Position numbers and translations under genes: made by a program | The notes under the pieces: generated by a model | Databases searched by the model: none | What the model was told of the DNA's origin: nothing | The model's input: the letters and a program-made list of their open reading frames with translations, nothing else | From: Thermoanaerobaculia bacterium | Lineage (GTDB): Bacteria; Acidobacteriota; Thermoanaerobaculia; UBA5066 | Assembly: GCA_963816185.1 (NCBI GenBank) | Contig: CAWFJJ010000024.1 | Location: 680,396-744,395 of the forward strand | Reading direction: 5' to 3' | DNA: 64,000 nt | In this document: positions 32,042 to 45,097 of the stretch, piece after piece | How the letters are laid out: the number at the start of each line of letters is the position of its first letter | Numbering within the stretch: position 1 is the first letter of the stretch

Positions 32042-33329
32042 GCCGAGCTATACGCCGCTCGGTGACCTTTGCGACTCCGAGCGGGGAATAACCTATGGAA
32101 TCGTAAAAGTAGGCGACTTTGTTCCCGGCGGCGTCCGAGTGATTCGAGGTGGAGACATTCGCAATGGGCGTATCGCATTCGATGACGAGAAGAGAGTCAC
32201 AGAGGGGATTAGCCAGCAGTTTCAGCGAACCATCCTCAAGGGCGGCGAAATCATTATCAACTTGATCGCTGAGCCCGGACACACCGCCATCGTGCCGCAG
32301 GATCTGGCTGGCGCAAATGTCTCGCGCGACGTCGGCGTGATTCCCCTTAACAACTCGGTTGATCACCGGTATGTCGACTACTGCCTTAAGTCGCCGCAGG
32401 CCATTCAATGGCTCACCGCGCGGCTACAGGGCAGCGTGACACAGAAGATCAACCTCGGAACGCTTCGTGACCTACCCATCCCGACTCCTACCGTGGAGGA
32501 ACAGAGCGCTATAGCCGGAATTCTCGGCGCTCTCGACGACAAGATCGAGCTAAACCGACGGATGAACGAGACGCTTGAGGCGATGGCACGGGCGATCTTC
32601 AAGTCCTGGTTCGTCGACTTCGACGTCGTCCGCGCCAAGGCGGAAGACCGCGGCTCAAGCCTCCCGAAACCCCTCTCCGCCATCTTCCCCGCCCGCCTTG
32701 TGGACTCCGACCTGGGCGAGATTCCGGAAGGATGGGGAGTGGGGACCGTCGCTCACTTCTGCACTCTAAATCCGGAAACATGGTCGAAGGAGACACGTCC
32801 GCCCATTATCAAGTACGTCGATCTCTCGAATACGAAGTGGGGCCGAATCGAGACAGTCACGGCCCATACACAGAAGGACGCGCCGAGTCGGGCGCAGCGG
32901 GTCCTGCGAACGCGAGACACGATTGTCGGTTCGGTACGACCCGGGAACGGCTCGTACGCCTTCGTCTCCGAGGACGGACTTACCGGTAGCACGGGCTTCG
33001 CCGTCCTTCGGCCTCTAAGAGTCGAATACGCGGAGTTCGTGTACTTCGCGGTCACGGCTGCCGGGAACATCGATGCGCTCGCGCACTTGGCGGATGGCGG
33101 AGCTTATCCGGCGGTACGTCCCGAAGTCGTCGCGGCAACTCAAGCAGTCAAGCCAGGAGATGCCGTGATCGAGAGATTTTCAAGTATTACGCGGCCGCTG
33201 CTCGCCAAGATGGCCGAGAACGAGCGCGGAACCCGCACGCTCGCCGCCCTTCGCGACACTCTGCTGCCGAAGCTGCTGTCGGGCGAGCTTAGGGTGGGGG
33301 AGGGAAACCGACGCGGCGGCCAACCATGA
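32031..33329 (+). CDS. hsdS: Type I R-M specificity subunit
   Basis: [36 protein letters not shown]. Confidence 0.95.
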
Positions 33330-34390
33330 GCAGAGATGAGCGCCGCTTTGAGCTGCCGAGGAGTATCGAACGGCATCTCGCAACGCTATCGACGCTTTAC
33401 GCCAAAGAGGGGCAGACGCAGAAGCAGCGAATCCTCGTCAACGCGCACGTCAGAGTGCATGAGGAATGGAGCAGGGATAATTGGGACGGCGGCACATACG
33501 GTCATGCGCTCTACCTGGCGGTTCCAGAGGTTCTCTACGTCGAAGTTTTGAGAAAGAAGGAAACCCTCCAGGAGGAAATCAAGGCCGACCTGAATAAGGT
33601 CCATAACGTCCAGCATGAATTCATCGAGGAGGTGTTCCTGGAGATGGACGTGCCCGCCGATTTGGATTGGCGGCGTGAATCGGGTGTCCTTGAGGCGGGG
33701 AAGCGCGATGTTCCCTCCGATACTCTGAAGCGGATTTGGGGGGACAGTGGATTCCGCGTGTTCTTGAGCCACAAAGCAGAGGTAAAAAAGGAGGCATCTG
33801 GCCTTAAAGAAAGAATTTGCGTGTACGGTGTATCGGCATTTGTGGCGCACGAAGACATCCACCCGACAAAGGAATGGCAGGACGAAATTGAAAGCGCCTT
33901 GTCCTCGATGGATGCTTTCGTAGCCCTTATGACGGACAACTTTCACGACAGCCTCTGGACTGACCAGGAGGTGGGGTATGCGCTTGGTCGCGGCGTACCG
34001 ATCATCGCTGTGAAGTTGGGCCGCGATCCATATGGGTTCATCGGCCGATTTCAGGCGCTGTCGTGTGGTTGGTCGGACGTGGCCGAAGGAATCACGAAGC
34101 TTCTCGTGAAGACATCACGCATGAAGGATGCGTATGTCGCCGCGGTGGCAAGGTGTCGGAGCTATGATGACGGTAACTTACTCGCAAGAGTACTCGGTAG
34201 TATCGATGGACTTACAACCGCTCAGGGCGATGCGCTGGCAGTTGCGTTCAACGAGAACCCGGAGGTGAGCGGAAGTTTTGGCTTTAGCGGAACGTGGGCT
34301 GCAAAGCACGGAGAAGGTTTGATTCCTCATCTTATACGGACAACTGGCCGTGGGTACCATCTGGCGAAAACCGGAAAGATCCAAGTGTGA
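33326..34390 (+). CDS. TIR domain protein with uncharacterised N-terminal domain
   Basis: VFLSH...FVAHEDI...WQDEI...WTDQEVG (putative catalytic Glu). Confidence 0.85.
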   Translation: MSRDERRFELPRSIERHLATLSTLYAKEGQTQKQRILVNAHVRVHEEWSRDNWDGGTYGHALYLAVPEVLYVEVLRKKETLQEEIKADLNKVHNVQHEFIEEVFLEMDVPADLDWRRESGVLEAGKRDVPSDTLKRIWGDSGFRVFLSHKAEVKKEASGLKERICVYGVSAFVAHEDIHPTKEWQDEIESALSSMDAFVALMTDNFHDSLWTDQEVGYALGRGVPIIAVKLGRDPYGFIGRFQALSCGWSDVAEGITKLLVKTSRMKDAYVAAVARCRSYDDGNLLARVLGSIDGLTTAQGDALAVAFNENPEVSGSFGFSGTWAAKHGEGLIPHLIRTTGRGYHLAKTGKIQV

Positions 34391-34579
34391 GTGTGACCGA
34401 ATGCGTGTCTGCACCCTAGGTCCAGCGGCGTGTCGTGCGTGCTTGGACCTGTTGCGAGGAGCAGCGGTGTCGGATCAGGGGCTGAGTCCGTTGAGCGTTC
34501 GGCCATCAGCCGTCTCTTGGCCGACCTGGGTGTTAGCAGATGCTCATACATGCCTTCGGAGGGCCCGAAGCCCATCCGG

Positions 34580-35152
34580 TCAAAGTGCGCGTTTCGACGT
34601 CTGCGCACGCAGCGTCTTCAACACCTTGTTGACGATCTTCAGGTCGAATCGCTCCGGGTCGTAGCGTGGGCCGGCCCATTTCCTCATCTGCGTGTGCTCC
34701 TCGTGCTTAGGGTCGCGCCAGGCCTCGAGGAAGTCCTCGTAGCCGGGGATGCCGCCGCAGTCCTCGGGCGGAGCGGAGCGAGCGCCGTCGAGGCAGATGG
34801 GGTAGCGCACAGCGGGGTCAGGAGCGAATCGCTTCTCGACGGCGATGTCGTGGATCCATTCGTCGCCGAGGTCGTAGACGTACGTGAAGCGGTCAACGTC
34901 CGGCGAGACCAGGCCACCGAGGCGAGTCGTGCGCGGGTGGCGTGGGAAGGGCGGCTCGGCGACCTTCGCCCGCCCGACGTTGAACTCGTAGAGGTGGGCA
35001 TGTTTCCAGCCAAACGACCACTGGATGATCTCGTGAAGAAGGTGGAACGTCCGGGTGCTCGTGACCTGGATGACGCGAAAGACCGGCGGCTCGATTTCGC
35101 GGATCTGAATCCGGAGCTGGAGCGCCTCTTCGGGGAAAGCCGCGGCTTTCAT
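34580..35152 (-). CDS. Plasmid pRiA4b ORF-3 family protein
   Basis: LHEIIQ..FGW..HLYEF, YVYDLGDEW, PPEDCGG motifs. Confidence 0.9.
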   Translation of the reverse strand: MKAAAFPEEALQLRIQIREIEPPVFRVIQVTSTRTFHLLHEIIQWSFGWKHAHLYEFNVGRAKVAEPPFPRHPRTTRLGGLVSPDVDRFTYVYDLGDEWIHDIAVEKRFAPDPAVRYPICLDGARSAPPEDCGGIPGYEDFLEAWRDPKHEEHTQMRKWAGPRYDPERFDLKIVNKVLKTLRAQTSKRAL

Positions 35153-35171
35153 GGGCGTAGAATTCTGTCTC

Positions 35172-35495
35172 ATGAAAGCCGCCGAAGCAATTCCTGCAGG
35201 CCGAATAGCGGCTTCGACAGAGGTCATCGCCGGCTTCTGCCGGCGGCATCACATCCGCAAGCTCTCGTTGTTCGGCTCCGTGCTGCGCGACGACTTCCGT
35301 CCGGAGAGCGACGTCGACGTTCTCGTCGAGTTCGAGCCCGCCCACGTTCCCGGATTTATTCGAATGGCAGCGATGGAGAACGAACTCTCGGTGTTGCTAG
35401 GACGAAAGATTGACCTGTTGACCCCGAACTCGATCAGCCACTATTTTCGCGAGAGGGTTCTTCGGGAAGCGTGCCTGCTGCATGACGCAGCATGA
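35172..35495 (+). CDS. Minimal nucleotidyltransferase (MNT antitoxin)
   Basis: LFGSVLRDDFRPESDVDVLVEF. Confidence 0.9.
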   Translation: MKAAEAIPAGRIAASTEVIAGFCRRHHIRKLSLFGSVLRDDFRPESDVDVLVEFEPAHVPGFIRMAAMENELSVLLGRKIDLLTPNSISHYFRERVLREACLLHDAA

Positions 35496-35829
35496 AGCGC
35501 TCGTTCGACTCGGGCACATGCTGGAAGCGTCGCGAGAAGCGACGGAGCTCGCCCGAGGGAAGACGCGGCAGTATCTCAGTCAGAACCGGCTTCTCGAGCT
35601 CGCATTGACGCGTCTCGTGGAGATTGTGGGCGAGGCCGCCTCCCGGGTCCCGAAAGAGGATCAGGCGCGCTTTCCGGACATTCCATGGGCCGACATCGTG
35701 GGAATGCGAAACCGTCTCGTTCACGGCTATACGGAGATCGACATCGACGCGCTGTGGAGCACGATAGAAGAGGATCTGCCGGCGCTTGTCCCACTGCTCG
35801 AAGCCGCCTTGGGGCCCGGTCGGAAATAG
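35482..35829 (+). CDS. HEPN (DUF86/HepT-like) RNase toxin
   Basis: EIVGEA, IPW, RNRLVHGY (Rx4HxY). Confidence 0.9.
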   Translation: MTQHEALVRLGHMLEASREATELARGKTRQYLSQNRLLELALTRLVEIVGEAASRVPKEDQARFPDIPWADIVGMRNRLVHGYTEIDIDALWSTIEEDLPALVPLLEAALGPGRK

Positions 35830-35835
35830 ATCACG

Positions 35836-39408
<3,573 letters not shown>

Positions 39409-39418
39409 CGGCTCGCTC

Positions 39419-42010
39419 GTGAAGAAGCCGAAGCGAGTCTCTGGGATGAATCGGGGGTTGGCCCCGATGGACGCGATGGTCGACGCATCCGACCAGTACG
39501 CGGTGGCGCTGTCCTTTGCCAGCGAAGACGAGGCCCTGGTGAGGGGCGTGTATCGGTATCTACGTTCGCACGAGATCAACGCGTTCTTCGCCCCATCGAA
39601 GATCAGTCAGCTCTGGGGCAAAGACGAGCATGAGTTTGAACGGATCTACGGACCGGGTTCGCGGTACGTGGTCCCATTCATCTCCGAGCACTATATTCGC
39701 AAGGAATGGCCACGGCTCGAGTTCCGAGCGGCACGAAAGGAGGCGCGCATCCGCGATGCGGAGTTCATCCTTCCCGTCCGCGTTGATGACACGGCACTGC
39801 CGGGGCTGCGGAGGAAAACGCAGTACGTTGACGCCCGGCAGCACACTCCGAAAGAGATTGCAGCATTCCTCATCGAGAAACTCGAGGCCGATGTGAGAAC
39901 GTCCGATGCGGCGCCCATCATTCGTCGCCCGAGGAAGCAGATTCGCATGCTACGCGACGATGAGCGCGAGTTACTCGGCCTTCTCGCGACCGTGCCGCTC
40001 CCTCTGCCCACGGCTCATTTGCGCGCTCTCGTCCCAGAAGGCAGATGGGCTACGCGCATTCCCCGTTGGCGCAGCCTCGGCATCGTCACGAGTGACGTGC
40101 GCGGATTCGATGACGTTGATTCAAGACTCCGTCGGCAACTGCTAGCGGATAAGCCCGCCGCGACTAGATGGCGAGAACGGTGGGTTGCGCTCCTTGCTCC
40201 GCTGCAGATGCATACGGATACCGGGCTGATGCTTGCGCTCGAACTCATCGGTCTGCGTCGGGTTGGCGAAGCCGTGGACGTTCTCGCTTCAATCGCGGTC
40301 GGTCTCGAGCCTGGTTTTTGGAATAGCCTCTACCTGACCACCTTTTCGGGCCTAGCGGGGTCAACGTTCGTAAGGTCGGCTGATTCCGCCGCTCGAGTCA
40401 AGTTCCACAACGCATACGGCGTGGTGCTTTCACGGAACGGCGATCACAGGGAGGCACTCGCGCAGTTCACGCAGCTCCGCGCTCTCAGCCGCAGAGGGCG
40501 CAACGCGTGGGGCGAGGGTCAGTCCTATATCAACGCTGGCGTCGCAGCGGCAGGGACGGACGACGTCCCGGCCGCGATGGCCTGGTACAAGAAGGCTGCT
40601 GCGTTCGGCAAGAAGCATCGAGACTACGTGCTGGCCGGTCGCGCGGTCGGCAACATGGCGAACTTCGTCGGCCCTGCGGCCGCGACCGAGCTCCTCGAGG
40701 AAAGCGAACGGTTCAAGCTCCGCGGCGGAGACATCGAAGGACTCGCCGGAACCGCTGTCGTTCGCGGCAACGTAGCTGTTCAGCAGGCCGATCTCGTTGG
40801 TGCCGCGAGGCACTACCGTCACGCGGTTCAACTCGCGAGGAAGCTTGATCTGCTGTACCTTCGTGCCGTGGCCTCGCGAAGCCTTGCGCAGACCGAAGCG
40901 GGTCGCGGCCGACCGAAGAAGGCATATCCACTATACCGAGAGTCGGCGCGAATCTGTCAGGCGGAAGGCTTCGTTGCAGACCATGCTCATGCCGTCGCAG
41001 GCGAGGCGCTGGCACGGATGGCCGCAGGTGAGTTTGCACGCGCTGGGAAACTCTTCGAAGCACTGGCGGAGCTCCATCGCCAGGCGGGACAACGTGAGCA
41101 GGCGGCGGTCGCGCGACATGACGTGGGTGCGATGTTCGCAGCGCGCCGGCGTCAGGCAGAGGCATACCGCGTCTTCATCAATGTGATTCGTGAGTTTAAG
41201 GAATATCGCGTTCATGCGTGGGTGAGACGGACTCAGGTAGATGCAGCCACAGTCGCTCCCGATGAGGGCACAGCCGCATCGCTCCTACGTAGCGCACGAC
41301 GCGGAGCGGCGTCGGCCAAGGACTTCGAGACGCTACAGCGGGCTACGGTGCAGCTAGTCAGACGCCGGTTGGACCGAAACGACGTCAGAGGCGCCGTGCG
41401 GGAGATGGATATCGCGCTTCGGACGCTTCCTTCGCCTCTCGATCTTCCGTTGCTTGCGGATCGCTTCCGCTTCATTCTCGAATCGCATCATGATCGGCGA
41501 GTCGCGCCGGCCTTTCACCGCTTGGTTGCCGTCGCCAGAGCCGCCCACGCCCGGGAGCGCGTCATCGATGCACACATGGAAGCTGGTGATTACCTGTGGG
41601 CGAAGGAGTCAGCGCGGGAGCGCGCCAACGCGTATCAGGCATACGCCGTCGCGATGATAGAGGCTGGCCAACTGGACGAAGCCACGTTGATGAAAGCCTG
41701 CATGCACATCTTCGGCCGCCTCTACGCGGCCGCCAAACGGGAAGACGCCGAGGTGCTCACGCGCCTCGAAGAGGCGACGCATGCCTGGCTTCGGAAGCAA
41801 AATGCTCGGCACGCATCAGGCCTGATTCAGTTCACGCTCTGGCCTCTCCGCTTGGCGGCGCGCATCTGGGCACTCCCCGACCACGGTCGGCGGTTGTCGA
41901 AGCGCAAGGCTCAGTTCATCCTGACTGAGGAATTCCAAATGGCGTTAGGCAGAGCGGCTTCACCGAAAAGGAAGACACGTGTCCGTCAGCGTGTGTCCGC
42001 AAAGCGATAG
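39419..42010 (+). CDS. TIR - winged helix - TPR protein (start may be 39446/39467)
   Basis: VALSFASED...FISEHY..KEWPRLE TIR; helical TPR-like repeats over the C-terminal two thirds. Confidence 0.8.
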   Translation: MKKPKRVSGMNRGLAPMDAMVDASDQYAVALSFASEDEALVRGVYRYLRSHEINAFFAPSKISQLWGKDEHEFERIYGPGSRYVVPFISEHYIRKEWPRLEFRAARKEARIRDAEFILPVRVDDTALPGLRRKTQYVDARQHTPKEIAAFLIEKLEADVRTSDAAPIIRRPRKQIRMLRDDERELLGLLATVPLPLPTAHLRALVPEGRWATRIPRWRSLGIVTSDVRGFDDVDSRLRRQLLADKPAATRWRERWVALLAPLQMHTDTGLMLALELIGLRRVGEAVDVLASIAVGLEPGFWNSLYLTTFSGLAGSTFVRSADSAARVKFHNAYGVVLSRNGDHREALAQFTQLRALSRRGRNAWGEGQSYINAGVAAAGTDDVPAAMAWYKKAAAFGKKHRDYVLAGRAVGNMANFVGPAAATELLEESERFKLRGGDIEGLAGTAVVRGNVAVQQADLVGAARHYRHAVQLARKLDLLYLRAVASRSLAQTEAGRGRPKKAYPLYRESARICQAEGFVADHAHAVAGEALARMAAGEFARAGKLFEALAELHRQAGQREQAAVARHDVGAMFAARRRQAEAYRVFINVIREFKEYRVHAWVRRTQVDAATVAPDEGTAASLLRSARRGAASAKDFETLQRATVQLVRRRLDRNDVRGAVREMDIALRTLPSPLDLPLLADRFRFILESHHDRRVAPAFHRLVAVARAAHARERVIDAHMEAGDYLWAKESARERANAYQAYAVAMIEAGQLDEATLMKACMHIFGRLYAAAKREDAEVLTRLEEATHAWLRKQNARHASGLIQFTLWPLRLAARIWALPDHGRRLSKRKAQFILTEEFQMALGRAASPKRKTRVRQRVSAKR

Positions 42011-42047
42011 GTGAGAAGACTCACCGTCCGAGTTCCGGGGTTTCGTC

Positions 42048-43031
42048 CTAGCGGTAGCGCACGTCGGCCGGCGTGGCGGGCGGGGGAGCCGGCTCGAGGG
42101 CGACGCGGTCGCGGCCGGCTTTCTTGGCGGCATAGAGGGCGGCGTCCGCGCGGGCGACGAGCGATTCGAGCGAGGTCCTGTCGAAGAGGCCCTGATGGAT
42201 GGCGACGCCGGCGGAGACCGTGATCGGGAGCGGGATCCGCGGAGGCCCGAGGGATGCGACGGCCATCCGGATCCGCTCCAGCGCGTGCAGGGCCGCCTCG
42301 GCGTCTGCTTCCACGAGGAGCACGATGAATTCTTCGCCGCCATACCGGCCCGCCGCGTCGATGCCGCGGACGGTGCGCGCCACGGCGCGCGCGACGGCCG
42401 TCAACGCGGCGTCTCCGGCGAGGTGTCCGAACCGGTCGTTGAACTTCTTGAAATGGTCGACGTCGAGCATTGCGATCGCGAGGCTCCTCCCCGTCCGGCT
42501 CGAGCGGGCGAGCTCGGCCAGGGCGCGCTCCTCGAAGGCCGCACGGTTTAGGAGGCCGGTCAGCGGGTCCGTGGTGGCGCGCGTGAAAAGGCTCCTCTCC
42601 TGCTCGGCGACGCGCGGAAGAAGGAGCGCCGTGAAGAGAACGAACCCCGCCCCGAGCGGCGATACGAGCGGCGTCGCGACGAGGACCTGCCGCCGGGCGG
42701 CGAGCTCGGCGAGCGCCGCGAGGACGAGCACGCTGGAAGCGGCGAAGAGGAACGCGCGCGTGCGCCGGCCGCCGCGCGCCAGGTCCGAGAGGAACGCGAC
42801 GGCCACGAGGGGAAGGCACACCCCGAGGCCCGTCTCGACCCGGTGGCGCGCGGGCCCGTCGAAGAGGAACGGGGCGCCGAGAAACGCCGCGACGCCGAGC
42901 GCGAGCGCCGCGTAGAGGGCGAGGTGCATCCGCGCGCGGGCGGCGCCGAGCAGCGTGAGCGCGAGAATCCCGAACGACGCGGCGGTCAGCGCGAAGAGGA
43001 GCGTCGCGACCCGCGTGTTCGAGAGCCACAT
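42048..43031 (-). CDS. Membrane-bound diguanylate cyclase
   Basis: TM segments, DPLTGLLNR, DVDHFK, RYGGEEF. Confidence 0.92.
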   Translation of the reverse strand: MWLSNTRVATLLFALTAASFGILALTLLGAARARMHLALYAALALGVAAFLGAPFLFDGPARHRVETGLGVCLPLVAVAFLSDLARGGRRTRAFLFAASSVLVLAALAELAARRQVLVATPLVSPLGAGFVLFTALLLPRVAEQERSLFTRATTDPLTGLLNRAAFEERALAELARSSRTGRSLAIAMLDVDHFKKFNDRFGHLAGDAALTAVARAVARTVRGIDAAGRYGGEEFIVLLVEADAEAALHALERIRMAVASLGPPRIPLPITVSAGVAIHQGLFDRTSLESLVARADAALYAAKKAGRDRVALEPAPPPATPADVRYR

Positions 43032-43041
43032 CCCGCCGGGC

Positions 43042-45006
43042 TCACTTCAGCCAGCGGTCGAACCAGGCGAGCACCCGGAAGACGCGGTCCTTCTTGTCCT
43101 CCTCGCGATAGAGGCCGTGGCCCTCGTCGGGATAGATGACGAGCTGCGTCGGCACGCCCAGCGTCTTCAGGGCGTGCCAGAACTCGTAGCCCTGCGGGGC
43201 CGGCACCTCGGCGTCGCGTTCGCCGTGGAGGACCAGGGTCGGCGTCTTGACGTTCTTGATGAACGTGAGAGGCGAGCTCTTCGCATAGACCGCCGGGTCG
43301 TCGTACACCGAGGCGCCGAAGTACGGGAGCATCCAGGAGTCGATGCGGTTCTGGCCGTAATAGCTTTGCCAGTTCACGATGCCTGCGCCCGCGACGGCTG
43401 CGGCGAAGCGGTTCGTCTGCGTGACGGCCCACATCGCCATGTAGCCCCCGTAGCTCCAGCCGAAGAGGCCGACGCGCTTCGGATCGACGGGCCGCGTCCT
43501 CAGGACCTCGTCGAGGCCCGCGAGGATGTCGCGCAGGTCGCCGCCTCCGAAGTCCTTCACGTTGCCGGCCGTGAAGGTTTCGCCCTGTCCGAAGCTGCCG
43601 CGCGGATTCGGGAGGAACACGAAATACCCCCGTGCGACGAGCGCCCCGAGGAGCGGCGACGGCCACGCATTGCGATGCGCGGAGGCAGGACCTCCGTGCA
43701 CGAAGACCGCGAGAGGGTATTTCTTTCGCTCGTCGACGCGCGCAGGCGGAAGGAGCCAGCCCTGGACACTCTGGCCGTCGCTCGTGACGCGCACGCTCGC
43801 GGCGCGGCCCCATTCGGGTCGCAGCCCCTCGTTCTCCCGAGTCAGGCGGGTCCACGCGCCGATCGGGCCGGCCCAGACTTCGGGCGGGGAGTCGAACGAC
43901 TGGCGCACCACGGCCGAGGCGACGCCATCCCGCGCCAGGGCGAAGCCGAGGCCTCGGCCTGGCGAGAGCGTCCCGCCTCCCGAAAACAGCGTGTGAGCCG
44001 CGCCGGTCGCGGGATCGAACGCCACGACGGCGGTGGACTCGCCGGCGAGCTCGGTCACGAGGAGCCGGGACGCGGAGGACCAGGCGAGAAAGCCTGCGGA
44101 GGTGCGGCGCCCCGAGGTCAGATTCCGCGGCGCGCCCCCGGTTGCCGGCACCAGCAACACGTCGCCTCCCGTCGCACCGTGATCGCTCATGAGGCCGTGG
44201 ATGACCGCCACGGTCGAGCCGTCGGGCGAAAAGACGGGGTTCGCGATCTGGAGAGGCGGCTTCCAGAGAAGGCGCGTGGCTCCGGAGGCCGCATCCACCG
44301 CGAGGAGGTCGGCGCGCCACCAGTTGTCGTCGCCCGAGCCTTTCGCCGCCACGGCCGCGAAGGTGCGGCCGTCCGCCGACCAGTCGTACTCGTAAACGTA
44401 GAGGTCTGGCGGCGACGCGAAGCGCAGGGCCTTCGTCTGCACGTCCACGACCGCGATACGCTGCTCGTTGATCCGCTCTTCGACCACACCCGCGTCGCGG
44501 GCCGTGGGGCCCAGCGGCCCCGGCTCCTTCGAGGGGTTCTCGATGACGAGGACCGCGAGAGACCGGCCGTCTTGAGACCAGCGAGGCTCCTGGAACGTCC
44601 CCTTGAGCTTCGTGAGCCGCGACGCGGAGCCGCCGGAGACCGGAGCCGTCCAAAGGGCCGTCCCGCCCGCATGGGAGACGAACGCGAGCGTCTTGCCGTC
44701 GGGCGAGAAGGCGACGTCGCCTTCGCGGATCGGAGAGCCGTCGAGAGACGCCGTGATCCGGACGACCGGGGCGCCGGACCGCGCTTCCTGCACGAGAATT
44801 CGCGAGGCCCGCGGAGTGTTCTCGTCCCGCACCGGCTCCACCCGCGCGACGTGCGTGCCGTCCGGAGAGATCGCGACGCCGAGAATCTCCCGAACTTTCG
44901 CGAGGCGCGCATAGAGCGCGTCGAACGACTCCTCCGCTTCGGCAGGTGCGGAGGGGAAAGCCAGAAGACACGAGAGCGCGGCAAAGGCAGGGACGAGACG
45001 TCGCAT
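43042..45006 (-). CDS. S9 family (prolyl oligo/acylaminoacyl) peptidase
   Basis: Beta-propeller repeats, HGGP, GWSYGG, D and H (EGH) triad. Confidence 0.95.
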   Translation of the reverse strand: MRRLVPAFAALSCLLAFPSAPAEAEESFDALYARLAKVREILGVAISPDGTHVARVEPVRDENTPRASRILVQEARSGAPVVRITASLDGSPIREGDVAFSPDGKTLAFVSHAGGTALWTAPVSGGSASRLTKLKGTFQEPRWSQDGRSLAVLVIENPSKEPGPLGPTARDAGVVEERINEQRIAVVDVQTKALRFASPPDLYVYEYDWSADGRTFAAVAAKGSGDDNWWRADLLAVDAASGATRLLWKPPLQIANPVFSPDGSTVAVIHGLMSDHGATGGDVLLVPATGGAPRNLTSGRRTSAGFLAWSSASRLLVTELAGESTAVVAFDPATGAAHTLFSGGGTLSPGRGLGFALARDGVASAVVRQSFDSPPEVWAGPIGAWTRLTRENEGLRPEWGRAASVRVTSDGQSVQGWLLPPARVDERKKYPLAVFVHGGPASAHRNAWPSPLLGALVARGYFVFLPNPRGSFGQGETFTAGNVKDFGGGDLRDILAGLDEVLRTRPVDPKRVGLFGWSYGGYMAMWAVTQTNRFAAAVAGAGIVNWQSYYGQNRIDSWMLPYFGASVYDDPAVYAKSSPLTFIKNVKTPTLVLHGERDAEVPAPQGYEFWHALKTLGVPTQLVIYPDEGHGLYREEDKKDRVFRVLAWFDRWLK

Positions 45007-45097
45007 CGTTCCTCCTCGGACGGGTCGATTATCGCCGCGCCGCGCGGCGGTGCCGACAGAGGGGATCGTGGACGACGGCCGGCCACGCCTGGAACCG

